The notes: generated from the letters alone by a model not told the origin. Shown: positions 51,821 to 62,110, counted from the first letter of the stretch. The stretch is DNA of 64,000 bases from an uncultured Gammaproteobacteria bacterium (GCA_963793595.1 CAWCBX010000007.1:3588-67587); one strand, 5' to 3'. Translations and numbers: made by a program.

Positions 51821-53488
51821 TCAAAAGCCACCGACTGCACCTTCGCTGCGATTATCGAAGGTCGCTTCGAGATAATTCCTGTCATTTAACCGTACCGCCT
51901 TGATCCTGCCCAGGTAAGAGGGTCTTTGCGCCACGGTTTCGTGACCCCGCTGCTGAAGTCCAGCCACGACTTCGGGAGAAAACTTAAACTCATCCATATA
52001 AAGCTTGTTGGGCAGGAACTGGTGGTGAACCCTTGGAAATTGCACCGCTCGATCGATATCAAGCCCGGTTACCAGGACACGATAAATGGTCTGGATTACG
52101 CTACTGATAATCCTTGGCCCGCCCGCAGCGCCCAGCGTCATGACGATTTTGCCGTCCTTTTCGACCAGCGTCGGGCTCATCGAGCTGAGCGGCCGTTTCC
52201 CCGGCTGTACACGGTTTCCAAAACCCTGCACCAGGCCAAACATGTTGGGCTCGCCAGGCCGGGTGGTGAAATCGTCCATTTCATTGTTGAGCGAAATACC
52301 ATATTTCTCGGAAACTACCCCGGAGCCGTAACTTCCATTCAGCGTCACCGTAAGGCTAATTGCGTTACCAGCGGCATCCAGAATCGAAAACTGGGTGGTT
52401 TCATTTGAATCATCGACAGATTTATCCACCAGCGGCGCCAGTTGTATGGCCCTGGAGATATCGATGGTTTGCGCCATTTCGTCGAGGTATTCTGCCGATA
52501 ATATTTTATCGAAAGGATTCTTGTGATAATCCGGATCACCCAGCAGGGCGCGTCCTCTGAATGACCGGTTCAGAACTTCCGCCATGAGGTGTATCTCATT
52601 GATACTAAGTGGTGCCTGCTGCTGAATATCGACCTTACCAAATAGCTCTAAGGCGGCCTTGATCACGGCGCCACCGCTACTTGGCGGTGGCATCATGTAA
52701 ATCTTGTAGCCGTTGAATTCTGTTTCCAGCGGCTGCAACCAGCGCACTTTATATGCAGCCATGTCAGCGAGCGTAATAACGCCACCTGTCGCCTGTACGG
52801 TAGCGCTAATATCCTGGGCGACGGGGCCTTTGTAAAAACCATCGGGGCCCTGTTCGCGGTAAAGATTCAAGGCCTGTGCCAGCGCCGGCTGCCGCAGTGT
52901 TTCACCGGGTCGGTAAGGTTGCTGCGGGGTCTTGAAAAAATATTTGAATCCAGCCGGGTTAAAGCGATCTTTTTGGGTTTCGGAATAGCGTGATTCGGTT
53001 CCCGAGAATTCTATGCCGTCTAGCGCCAGTTTTGTCGCCGAGTCGAAGAGGTCAGCCCACTTTAACTTGCCATACTTTTGATGTAGCGCCCAGAGTCCAG
53101 CTGCAACGCCGGGGACCCCGACTGCTGTGCCACCATCCCAGGAAGCGCCTTTTTCCCGGTTGACATAAAAATCAGGGGAGGTAGCCGCAGGAGCCGCCTC
53201 TCTGAAGTCAAGCACTTCGACGCCCTGGCCCATGCTCACGAGGGCAAAACCACCCCCACCGAGTGATGCGTTGGAAGGATTTGTCACGGCGAGCGTGAGC
53301 CCCACGGTAACCGCCACATCTATCAGGTTACCGCCTTTTGCTGAAATTGCCTTGCCGGCGTCAACCGCATAATTCGAAGGTGCGGAAATCATGATGCGGG
53401 TACCTTCGTCCGGCACGGCCATGGAAGGTGACGCAAACAGTGCCGCGAGCAGCAGGTAACAAAATTGGCGAGTAGATTTCAGGGACAT
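51821..53488 (-). CDS. ggt: Gamma-glutamyltranspeptidase
   Basis: Signal peptide, GGNLIDVAV, the autoprocessing-site context ETTQFSILD, PGKRPLSSMSPT and GAAGGPRII. Confidence 0.93.
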   Translation of the reverse strand: MSLKSTRQFCYLLLAALFASPSMAVPDEGTRIMISAPSNYAVDAGKAISAKGGNLIDVAVTVGLTLAVTNPSNASLGGGGFALVSMGQGVEVLDFREAAPAATSPDFYVNREKGASWDGGTAVGVPGVAAGLWALHQKYGKLKWADLFDSATKLALDGIEFSGTESRYSETQKDRFNPAGFKYFFKTPQQPYRPGETLRQPALAQALNLYREQGPDGFYKGPVAQDISATVQATGGVITLADMAAYKVRWLQPLETEFNGYKIYMMPPPSSGGAVIKAALELFGKVDIQQQAPLSINEIHLMAEVLNRSFRGRALLGDPDYHKNPFDKILSAEYLDEMAQTIDISRAIQLAPLVDKSVDDSNETTQFSILDAAGNAISLTVTLNGSYGSGVVSEKYGISLNNEMDDFTTRPGEPNMFGLVQGFGNRVQPGKRPLSSMSPTLVEKDGKIVMTLGAAGGPRIISSVIQTIYRVLVTGLDIDRAVQFPRVHHQFLPNKLYMDEFKFSPEVVAGLQQRGHETVAQRPSYLGRIKAVRLNDRNYLEATFDNRSEGAVGGF

Positions 53489-53581
53489 GGCATAAGGCTT
53501 TTATCGGAAGGGAATCCCGATGGTAAAGAAGCCGGGTACACCAATCAAGGCCTGTAGTCAGGCGCTTGATAGTTAAGGAAT

Positions 53582-54340
53582 CTAGTCGCCGTAGCCGGGC
53601 ATTTCCCGATCGAGTACGCGCTTCATCGCGTTGAAGTACAGATCATCACGTTTGCCCTGGTGACGATCGTGTTCGTCCGGGGTCTGGACCTGATCGATAA
53701 CCTGTTGTGAAATCGGCAGTAATTTCTGCCCCGTGCTCATCGCGCGGATCTGCGCACGACATACCCGCTCGAGCAGATACAGCATCCGATAGGCCCTGGC
53801 GATCGAATCGACCGCTACCAGGACACCGTGGTTTCTCAGAAACACAACCGGTTTGTCACCCATCAGTTCCGCCAGGCGCTCACCTTCTTCGAGCGAATCT
53901 GCGGTCCCGTAGTAGTGATCATCGTAGGCGATTCTGCCGGCGAAGAATGCCGAAGTCTGGCAGGCTGGAATCAGTCGATTGTCCTCCAGCATGTTGAGCG
54001 CCAGTGCCCAGTTCTGATGCGTGTGGAATACCACGCGCCGTCCGCTAATGCGATGAATCGGCGCATGGATGCATTGTGCGGAAAGTTCGACGATACCATC
54101 GCCTTCGAGGGTTTCACCGGCTTCGTTGAAGATGAGCATATCGCTGGCTCGCGCTTCAGACCAGTGCATGCCAAAAGGCAGCACCAGGTAGCGATCTTCG
54201 TATCCCGGAACTGTCACCGTGAAATGATTATCGATACCTTCCTCGAGTTCATGATAAACCGCGAGACGCAACGATGCGGCCAGATCGATTTTGGCCTGGG
54301 TAACCGAATTTGTATTCGAATCGATAGCGTGAATAGACAT
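53582..54340 (-). CDS. Class II aldolase/adducin-family protein
   Basis: Family layout with HAPIH and VFHTH metal-binding His blocks. The start is taken at the second ATG after AGGAGA (MSIHAIDS). Confidence 0.85.
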   Translation of the reverse strand: MSIHAIDSNTNSVTQAKIDLAASLRLAVYHELEEGIDNHFTVTVPGYEDRYLVLPFGMHWSEARASDMLIFNEAGETLEGDGIVELSAQCIHAPIHRISGRRVVFHTHQNWALALNMLEDNRLIPACQTSAFFAGRIAYDDHYYGTADSLEEGERLAELMGDKPVVFLRNHGVLVAVDSIARAYRMLYLLERVCRAQIRAMSTGQKLLPISQQVIDQVQTPDEHDRHQGKRDDLYFNAMKRVLDREMPGYGD

Positions 54341-54559
54341 GCTCATTCTCCTGGCATCTTTTGTGCCCCGATAATAATTCAAATTTGTATCCAGCGATAC
54401 TGGTGCTGGTCGAACTTAAATCCCGATGGCCGCGCCTCGATACTCCCGGCCTGTGATACTCGGGGTCGGACCACGTTTTTCGCCATACTTTTCAATCCAG
54501 GCCCTAAAAGTGCCGAAAAACATGCTCTGCTCCCCACCCTGGCAGGTTAAAGACAGGAT

Positions 54560-56644
54560 CTAACTGGTGAGGCTGCGGTAAATTTCAGCGATGCGGTAGG
54601 GTAGTTTGCCAATATCGTCAATCAGGACGTAACTGGTATCACCGTACATGTGTGGTAAATAGTCGCGTGCCTGCTCGTCGATGGTGATGCAAAAGGGATG
54701 GATGCCGCGCTGACGTGCTTCGAATAACGCCATGCGGGTATCTTCAATGCCATACTCGCCATGGTAACTGTCGTAATCATCGGGCTTACCGTCGGACAGT
54801 GTAATCAACAGCTTGGTGCGGGCGCTGATTGCATCGAGTAAATGGGTCAGGTGGCGGATGGTTGCGCCCATGCGGGTGTAGTCCTGGGGTTCGATCCCGG
54901 CGATACGGGCGCGCACGTCGAGGTCGTAAGTTTCGTCGAAAGTCTTGATTTTGTAGATCTCGCAGCGTTTGCGCGTGTTGCCGGAAAAACCATAAATGGC
55001 GTAGCGATCATCAAGTGACTGCAGTGCCTCCGCCAGCAGAATCAGCGCTTCGCGCTGCGCGAGGTTAATCCAGCCCCTGGTAGATGCGCTCATATCGACC
55101 ATCAGCACCAAAGCTATGTCGCGTTCGACTCGATGCGTTTTGCGATATATCCGGGAGGTCATTTCCATGCCGCTACGTACATCGGAGATAGCTTCGACGA
55201 GCGCGTCGATATCGAGGTTTTCACCATCGGGCTGTTTCTTCAGGATACGGTGCTCGTCACGCAGAGCCTCGAAGCTGCGACGCAGCGACTTGATATGTCC
55301 GCGGTACTTATGCAGGGTTTGATCGGCAAAGCTCGAGCTGTAGTCGGGTTGGATGGCCTTTTCGTGCACAGCACACCAGCGCTTGCGATGTGCGTTGCGC
55401 GTGCAATCCCATTCGTCGTACAGAAAGGCTCTATTTCCGCCATAAGTACCGTCCGTGGAATCATTGGGGTTGTCCTCGCTGGATAGCGCCGCGAGGTAGT
55501 CGCGGTACTCGCTACTGCCGGCAGCTAGCAGGTAGTCAGGAGGTATTTCGCCAAGATCCTGCATGATTGAAAGCGCGAGGTTTTTAACTTCACTATCTGG
55601 CGGTACAGGATTTCCTTCCAGTTCGAACTCAAGTTCTTCATCCTGGCCAGTCCTGAGATCGAACTCGCGCCCTGCTGTATCCTCATCCACGCCTGCCAAG
55701 TGGGTTTCGTACTGTCTGCGACCGCGCTTATCGGACAGGCGTGCCAAAGCCATGCGCAGTTGTTGCTTTTCTCGCGCCAGACGGATCGACAGCTTCGTCT
55801 GCACCCGTTCAGGTTCGAGTCGGCCCTGGTAGACGTGGGCGGCGGGTAACGGTCGATCGAGATACTCCGTGCTAAGACGAATCGAATCGAGCACGCTGGC
55901 CGATGGAGCAGACATTTCGATCTCGACCGCACGCCAGCTAGCCGGCGTCGGTTCCTGCAGTGCACGTAACTGCCGCGCGAGACCCGGATAATCCCGTTTA
56001 ATGCAGGCATGCAGACGCAAACATTCGAGGTATTGGAACAGCGCTAGCTGTTTGCCATCGCGCGGTACCTGCGCAATCGTATCGGCGCGCCAGGTACCGT
56101 ACCAGCATTGCGCCCATTGATACACAGCGATCGCCTTGTAGCAGGCGAAATTCTCTTCTTCCAGCGCGTAGTGATCGATTATCCTGGGCAGGTGCAGGAT
56201 CTCACTGTCGGTAAAAAGTTCATCGCTGACCTCGATATTCAACTGTCGTCCATTTAGACCATGCAGGAAATGCTGCAGTATGGAGCGCACCCTGGCGAGC
56301 TCGAGTCCGCGCGCAAGCTGCTGTTGTCTTGCGATGAACTGATCCAGGTTTTCGAGCTGCTGCACAGCCGCGTCAAGGCCCTTGTCGAAGTAAACATCGA
56401 GTGCTGCCTGTAGCCAGTTTTCGCACCCCTCGCGACCGATCGCAGTCAATGCGATACCGGCCTTGCGTGCAAACTGGTAACCGATTTCGGGCTGGGTTTT
56501 CGCCACTGACAGTACCCAGTCAATGACAAACGCCTGATCGCCGGGTTCGAGGGCTAGAATGAGGCCGGCTATTTCGTCGATGATCCAGCTATTGAAGTAA
56601 TAGGGCTCGAGTTGCAGTTGCAGGCCTGCGCGATCGCCTGTCAT
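54560..56644 (-). CDS. CbbO/NorD-like von Willebrand factor A protein (no AAA+ partner in the window)
   Basis: A C-terminal vWA domain with MIDAS DMSAST...SDGKPDD and a long helical N-terminal region, as in CbbO/NorD (COG4548-type). The internal ATG at 56644 overlaps the mutM stop (ATGA). Confidence 0.78.
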   Translation of the reverse strand: MTGDRAGLQLQLEPYYFNSWIIDEIAGLILALEPGDQAFVIDWVLSVAKTQPEIGYQFARKAGIALTAIGREGCENWLQAALDVYFDKGLDAAVQQLENLDQFIARQQQLARGLELARVRSILQHFLHGLNGRQLNIEVSDELFTDSEILHLPRIIDHYALEEENFACYKAIAVYQWAQCWYGTWRADTIAQVPRDGKQLALFQYLECLRLHACIKRDYPGLARQLRALQEPTPASWRAVEIEMSAPSASVLDSIRLSTEYLDRPLPAAHVYQGRLEPERVQTKLSIRLAREKQQLRMALARLSDKRGRRQYETHLAGVDEDTAGREFDLRTGQDEELEFELEGNPVPPDSEVKNLALSIMQDLGEIPPDYLLAAGSSEYRDYLAALSSEDNPNDSTDGTYGGNRAFLYDEWDCTRNAHRKRWCAVHEKAIQPDYSSSFADQTLHKYRGHIKSLRRSFEALRDEHRILKKQPDGENLDIDALVEAISDVRSGMEMTSRIYRKTHRVERDIALVLMVDMSASTRGWINLAQREALILLAEALQSLDDRYAIYGFSGNTRKRCEIYKIKTFDETYDLDVRARIAGIEPQDYTRMGATIRHLTHLLDAISARTKLLITLSDGKPDDYDSYHGEYGIEDTRMALFEARQRGIHPFCITIDEQARDYLPHMYGDTSYVLIDDIGKLPYRIAEIYRSLTS

Positions 56645-57450
56645 GACTGGCATCCCGGGCAGTAGTAGCTCGAACGCTGTGCCTGCACCAGCTGTTTGAT
56701 AGTTTTACCGCATTGCCTGCAGGGTCCCTTGTTACCATATACCTGCAACTCGTGCCTGAAATAGCCGGGCTTGCCGTCAACCTGGGTAAAGTCCTGCAGC
56801 GTCGTGCCCCCGTGCCCGATCGCCGACGCCAGGGTTTCGCGTATGGCGTCGACCAGTTTGGTAATGCGTGGTTTGCTGATGCGCCGCGCCGCGCGGGTCG
56901 GGCGAATTCCGGCCAGGAACAGGGCTTCGCTGGCATAAATGTTGCCGACCCCGACGACGATATGGCTGTTCATCAATACGGTTTTTATCGCCGCGCTACG
57001 TTTGCGACAACAGTGGAACAGGTAGTCTGTATCGAAAGCCTCGCTGAGGGGTTCCGGGCCCAGTTGTCGTAACAGTCGATGTTGCAGTGGGTCCTGGTCA
57101 CAGTACAGCAGGGCGCCGAAGCGACGCGGGTCACGAAACTTTAACGCCTGCCCATTGCTGAGCTGTAATTCGACGTGCTCATGAGTTACGGCGGCTGATC
57201 CTGTCGGTAGAATACGCATGCTGCCCGACATGCCCAGGTGCCAGATCAGGTGGCCCTGGTCGAGGTGCATGAGCAAATATTTTCCGCGCCGTGATACTCC
57301 GCGTATCTGCCGCCCCTGCAGGTCTGATACTTCTGCGCTGATCGGCCAGCGCAGCCGGGTTTCACGTAAAATTACTTTCTCTATCACTTGATTGCAGACA
57401 TGGGGTTCGATGCCGCGGCGGGTGGTTTCGACTTCGGGTAGCTCGGGCAT
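56641..57450 (-). CDS. mutM: Formamidopyrimidine-DNA glycosylase
   Basis: N-terminal MPELPEVE, H2TH, and the C-terminal zinc finger CRQCG...YYCPGCQ. Confidence 0.96.
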   Translation of the reverse strand: MPELPEVETTRRGIEPHVCNQVIEKVILRETRLRWPISAEVSDLQGRQIRGVSRRGKYLLMHLDQGHLIWHLGMSGSMRILPTGSAAVTHEHVELQLSNGQALKFRDPRRFGALLYCDQDPLQHRLLRQLGPEPLSEAFDTDYLFHCCRKRSAAIKTVLMNSHIVVGVGNIYASEALFLAGIRPTRAARRISKPRITKLVDAIRETLASAIGHGGTTLQDFTQVDGKPGYFRHELQVYGNKGPCRQCGKTIKQLVQAQRSSYYCPGCQS

Positions 57451-57459
57451 CGGGATATC

Positions 57460-58245
57460 CTATCGCTGGTGGAAAACCCAGGCCAGCGCAATACCACCCA
57501 TCCAGGATTCGGTTTCGGATACCAGCGGACTGTCATCGATGACCGCGTCGTTCAGGTTATCATAGCGGATAAAACCGCCTAGCCAGTACCGGCCGATGCG
57601 TTTGCTATAGGCGAATGTGCTGCGAAAACCACTATAACCACCGTCAGCCTCGTAGGCCGGCCGTGAGGTGGTCGCGTCGGCAGGGTCAACCGAGTAAAAA
57701 TAGGCGTGATAATCATTGTCGGCGAATAACGGGCCGATGCTTAAGAACAACTTCCATTCACCAAGCCGGGTTGCCGGTTTGCGCCAGGCAAGTCTCGGCT
57801 CGAAGATATAGCCGATGTTGTCAAACTCGCTGTCCAGCGTGTAGCCGTATCGCAGGGGCAGGTCGATCCACAGGGCGCTGTGTTGCATGCGGTAAAATCG
57901 ATAATTAATGGCTGGTCCGATTTCAAAGATCGCTTCGAGTTCATCCATGCCCTCACGTTCGCGGGTATCGTCATCCACCGGAAACGAGAAATTGGCGCTC
58001 AGTGTGAACAGCAGGTCTGCGGACTCAAAAATAACACCCTTGGCACCGTCATCGACACGCAAGCGGTCACCGCGATACTTAAAATAGGGTGTCGGCAACA
58101 GGTAACTCGACGAATTTGCCGAGCCGCGATAATCAGGTATGTTAAGCGCTATTGCACCGACCCCGATTTCCAGGGTCGGCAACGGTTCCTGTGCCATTGC
58201 TTCGCCCGCGAGCAGCAGCAGCGCCAGGCTAAGCGGGAGTCTCAT
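57460..58245 (-). CDS. MipA/OmpV-family outer membrane protein
   Basis: Signal peptide ...GEAMA|QE, the PDYRGS motif, an alternating beta-strand pattern and a C-terminal aromatic residue. Confidence 0.78.
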   Translation of the reverse strand: MRLPLSLALLLLAGEAMAQEPLPTLEIGVGAIALNIPDYRGSANSSSYLLPTPYFKYRGDRLRVDDGAKGVIFESADLLFTLSANFSFPVDDDTREREGMDELEAIFEIGPAINYRFYRMQHSALWIDLPLRYGYTLDSEFDNIGYIFEPRLAWRKPATRLGEWKLFLSIGPLFADNDYHAYFYSVDPADATTSRPAYEADGGYSGFRSTFAYSKRIGRYWLGGFIRYDNLNDAVIDDSPLVSETESWMGGIALAWVFHQR

Positions 58246-59083
58246 CGGTACGTAATGAGATCAGCTGGTAGTAGAGGCTGGCAGGGAAATGGTACTGCAA
58301 TCCGATCTGCGGATGCGCGATGATAATTTCGGGATCGATAGACATCACGAAAAATTCATGCCGGCTACCGTCTGCCAGGCTGGCTTCAAGCTTCTGCCGC
58401 GGCATTGCGCCAGTGTCGAACGGCTTTACTTTCGAAGCCTCCAGGTCCTGCCAGTTATCCACCAGGCGGGCGATTTGATCTTGTTCGAAACCATCCGCAT
58501 TGATCAACTGCCAGCTGTCATTGGCGTCACGGTGGATCTCGAAGTCGGAGAGTTTTAGCGTGTTCAATCGGTACCTGCGCGGCAACAGGCGTCGATCTAC
58601 GATACCGATCAGGCCCTGCGAAAAAAATAACAGGTGTATATCGGGCAACAGGAAAACAGTCGAACCGACCATGATGTAGCGTCGTTCACCAATATTGTTG
58701 GTCGCACCGAAGAGCAGCTGGGTATCGTTTAAGGTCAGCACGGCTTCGGGAAACTGCAATCCGAGCGTAGCCAGGTTGATTTCGTCGGCGGGCAGGCGTG
58801 AGTCGGTCTCGCTATTGACGATGCTGAGCAAGCGCTCGATATTGATGTTGTTGGCAGGCCATCGAATCGGTGCTTCGATTAACCATCCCGATGCTTCCCG
58901 TCGCAGGCTTAGCGAGGCATCGGCGGTTTGTATGCCAATGGTTTGAACATCTGCTGGCTTGAGCGTGCTAATGCGTTGTTGCGCTTGATATCCGGTGGTT
59001 ACGCCGAAGCGATTACCGACATAGGTTAAGATCACGATCAGGACGACCAGTACATAGTTTATGATCCAGCGCCGCGAAAACAT
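58229..59083 (-). CDS. DUF4340-like protein (accessory component of GldG-type ABC systems)
   Basis: An N-terminal TM anchor, its size, and its position immediately after the GldG-like gene (1-nt overlap). Confidence 0.55.
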   Translation of the reverse strand: MFSRRWIINYVLVVLIVILTYVGNRFGVTTGYQAQQRISTLKPADVQTIGIQTADASLSLRREASGWLIEAPIRWPANNINIERLLSIVNSETDSRLPADEINLATLGLQFPEAVLTLNDTQLLFGATNNIGERRYIMVGSTVFLLPDIHLLFFSQGLIGIVDRRLLPRRYRLNTLKLSDFEIHRDANDSWQLINADGFEQDQIARLVDNWQDLEASKVKPFDTGAMPRQKLEASLADGSRHEFFVMSIDPEIIIAHPQIGLQYHFPASLYYQLISLRTDETPA

Positions 59084-60447
59084 CAGCGTTTACGACGTTG
59101 CAGCCAGATGCGTAATCCGCTGGCCAGTAAACCCAGCGGTAACAGCAACAGAAACGTAAATGCGATCGCATACTGGCTGTATTGCGACAGCTCCAGGCGG
59201 GTATCCGGAGCCGGCCGAGGACTGATTGCAATCAGTCGGTCATCGTGGCTCAACCAGTTAATCAGGTTAGTTCCGATCTCGAGGTTGCTGCCATTGCCGA
59301 GGTAACGATTTGACAGGAAATCAGCATCTCCGATGATAACCACGCGTTGCTCGACTGCTGCGCCATCGACACCGGGCTGGCTGCGTGCCAGGGTCATGCC
59401 GATATTCAGCGGCCCGGGAATTTCGTCATCGTCATCACCGTTAAATATCTCGCCACGCAGCTCACCGGTTTCATTCCAGCTGCGCGAGTCGCTACGTAGA
59501 AAATTCTGTCGCTGCCATTCATCGGCGCCGTGATACTCGAGCGCCTGCGCCTGCGGGAACAATGACATGCTCTCCAGGTTGCGGGTAATCGCGTGACGCG
59601 GATATTCCGCAACCAGTGCGAAGTCGACCCGATCCAGCCCCATCAACTGGCTGTTGGGGTCGACGATGATGCCGGGTAAAAATTCGATCGCGAGATGGTC
59701 TGCCAGCAAATCCAGCCCGTCGATCGCCTGTTCAGGGTCAGCAAGCCATAGTAGGCTACCTCCCTGATCGATGTAGTCACGCAATATTTCGATTTCACCG
59801 GGCAGCAATGGCACCTTGGGGCTGGCAAGGATCAGGACGTCGGTGTTTTCGGGAATACTATTGGTTTGCGTCAGGTTCAAGCTCTCTATGGTATAGCCCT
59901 TGCTGGCTAATCGTGTCGCCAGCAGGCTGAAATCATGGTTGGCCTCGCGATAGGGGTGGCGCTCGCCATGCCCTTCCAGGAAAACCAGCCAGCGCTCGCC
60001 CTGGCGCAGCAATCGCTGAATCGCGCTGCTGACATTGGCTTCATTGATCTGGTTAAGCTTTTCACTGCGTCCCTGGAATTCCAGCAATACCTCGCCATCG
60101 TAGCGAATATCGTGTGCACTTAGTAAGTCCGGGTGCAAATCCGGATTCAGGCTCTGATATTTGATATTCGACTGCAATTGCCGGTAGCGCTCGAACAGGG
60201 CTTCCAGCAGTGGCTTGCTCTCGTTTATCGGGGATACGAACAGGGTGATCTGCAGCGGATATTCGATACTTTCGAGCATCCGCGCCGACTCCTGTGACAG
60301 GCTATTGCGTTGATTGGCGCTCATGTCGATCGTGTAAGGATAGCGATTACTAAGCCAGGCTAGCACTGTAAGCAGCGCGATAAACAATAATAGAAATATT
60401 CCGGACTGGAGGCGAAACTGCAGCCTTACCCTTGAATCCACCTTCAC
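59083..60447 (-). CDS. GldG-like ABC-transporter auxiliary protein
   Basis: N- and C-terminal TM helices flank a large periplasmic domain (FLEGHGE, VIIGDADFLSN). It shares an ATGA overlap with the ABC-2 permease. Confidence 0.72.
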   Translation of the reverse strand: MKVDSRVRLQFRLQSGIFLLLFIALLTVLAWLSNRYPYTIDMSANQRNSLSQESARMLESIEYPLQITLFVSPINESKPLLEALFERYRQLQSNIKYQSLNPDLHPDLLSAHDIRYDGEVLLEFQGRSEKLNQINEANVSSAIQRLLRQGERWLVFLEGHGERHPYREANHDFSLLATRLASKGYTIESLNLTQTNSIPENTDVLILASPKVPLLPGEIEILRDYIDQGGSLLWLADPEQAIDGLDLLADHLAIEFLPGIIVDPNSQLMGLDRVDFALVAEYPRHAITRNLESMSLFPQAQALEYHGADEWQRQNFLRSDSRSWNETGELRGEIFNGDDDDEIPGPLNIGMTLARSQPGVDGAAVEQRVVIIGDADFLSNRYLGNGSNLEIGTNLINWLSHDDRLIAISPRPAPDTRLELSQYSQYAIAFTFLLLLPLGLLASGLRIWLQRRKR

Positions 60448-61181
60448 AGCAGGCGCTCGCGGTCGAGTTGACGTATCGTCAATACCAGGAAACCGACGAT
60501 CAACAGCAGGTAGTAGGCAATATCGCTGCTGTTAAAGATGCCTTCGAGCATCGACTGGTGGTGTTGCAATAACGAGAGGTAAGAAAGCACCGTGACCGAA
60601 CCCCATTTCCAGTCGATAATCCACAGCATTAACAATACGCCAAAGGTACTGACCGCGGCGATGGTCTGGTTTTCGGTCAGGCTCGACAGGTAAAGTCCGA
60701 TCGCACTAAAAGTAGCCAGCAGCAACAGCATGCCAAGGTAAATCGACAGTAATTTGCCACTATCCAGGCTGGTACCGAGGTACAACGATAACGGCATCAG
60801 CATTAACATTGTCACCAGAATAAATACAAACAGCATTAGCCCGAGGAACTTGCCCAGCACGATTTCCGACATGCTCAATGGGGCCGATACCAGCAGGCTA
60901 AGGGTACGATTGCGTTTTTCTTCTGCGATCGAGCGCATCGTCAGTAGCGGCATGATCATTAACAGGATGATGGCGGCCACGTGCATCAGCGGGGTTATCA
61001 CGAGATCGGTTACGCCCGGTGTATTCTCGAACTGCATCAGTTGGGGCTGCATCAGGTAATAATTATCCAGGTTGCTCAGGAACAGGAAACCGAGAATAGC
61101 CTGAATAACAGCGAGCAGGATCCAGGCCAGTGGTGAACAGAACATGGCGCCGATTTCACGTCTGGCAATTACCCAGATCAT
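60444..61181 (-). CDS. ABC-2 type transporter permease (GldF-like)
   Basis: Six TM helices. The start MIWVIARREI overlaps the ATPase stop (ATGA). Confidence 0.8.
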   Translation of the reverse strand: MIWVIARREIGAMFCSPLAWILLAVIQAILGFLFLSNLDNYYLMQPQLMQFENTPGVTDLVITPLMHVAAIILLMIMPLLTMRSIAEEKRNRTLSLLVSAPLSMSEIVLGKFLGLMLFVFILVTMLMLMPLSLYLGTSLDSGKLLSIYLGMLLLLATFSAIGLYLSSLTENQTIAAVSTFGVLLMLWIIDWKWGSVTVLSYLSLLQHHQSMLEGIFNSSDIAYYLLLIVGFLVLTIRQLDRERLL

Positions 61182-62110
61182 CCTGCAACTGCCTCTTCGG
61201 TATGGGTCAATTCGATAAACAGGTCTTCGAGAGATTGTTGCTCGGGAATCAGTTCGTACAGCCCCCATTCCTGTTGTGCCGCTGTGGCGACCAGTGCATC
61301 CGCGTTCGTGTCGGGGGCAAAAAAGACGCGAAAACGTCCTGCTTCAAGCGCTTCGACATGATCGACACCCGCCACGCAAGACAATGCTTCGAGCGGGACG
61401 GTTTTGCGCAGTGCAAGCCTGACGGAACTTTCGTGACCCTGGTTTAACGATTCAGTTGAAGCACTGTAAATCAGCTCGCCCGCGCGAATGATCTGCACCC
61501 GGTCGCAGGTAGCCTGGACCTCGGAGAGTATATGCGTAGACAGGATTACGCTGTGCTGGCTGCCCAGGGTGCGTATCAAGGTGCGTATTTCTCGAATCTG
61601 GATCGGGTCAAGTCCGACCGTTGGCTCGTCCAGGATAACTACCTGTGGGTCATGCACAATCGCCTGGGCTATGCCGACGCGCTGCTGATAGCCTTTTGAC
61701 AGGTTGCCAATCAGGCGTCTGCCGACATCTTCCAGTCCGCACAGCTGTTTGACCCTGTCCACCGATGCCATAACCTGGCCGCGCGGGATGCGATGCAAAC
61801 GCGCGCAGTAGCGTAGATATTCGTCAACACCGGCATCGCGATACACCGGCGGTTGCTCGGGTAGATAACCGAGATGCTGCTTGGCCGCTTTGGGTGCTTC
61901 GAGAATATCATGACCGGCGATACTGACTTCGCCTTCGCTCGGCGCCAGATTGCCGGTGATTACCTGCATCGTAGTCGACTTACCGGCGCCGTTCGGGCCC
62001 AGGAATCCAAGCACTTCGCCCGCTTTCAAGGTAAAGCTAAGGTGACTGATCGCGCGGTGATTCTGGTAAAAACGGGACAGGTTTTCAACCTGAACGAGTG
62101 CCTCTGTCAT
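61178..62110 (-). CDS. ABC transporter ATP-binding protein (GldA-like)
   Basis: Walker A GPNGAGKST, signature LSKGYQQR and Walker B VILDEPTVGLD. Confidence 0.93.
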   Translation of the reverse strand: MTEALVQVENLSRFYQNHRAISHLSFTLKAGEVLGFLGPNGAGKSTTMQVITGNLAPSEGEVSIAGHDILEAPKAAKQHLGYLPEQPPVYRDAGVDEYLRYCARLHRIPRGQVMASVDRVKQLCGLEDVGRRLIGNLSKGYQQRVGIAQAIVHDPQVVILDEPTVGLDPIQIREIRTLIRTLGSQHSVILSTHILSEVQATCDRVQIIRAGELIYSASTESLNQGHESSVRLALRKTVPLEALSCVAGVDHVEALEAGRFRVFFAPDTNADALVATAAQQEWGLYELIPEQQSLEDLFIELTHTEEAVAG

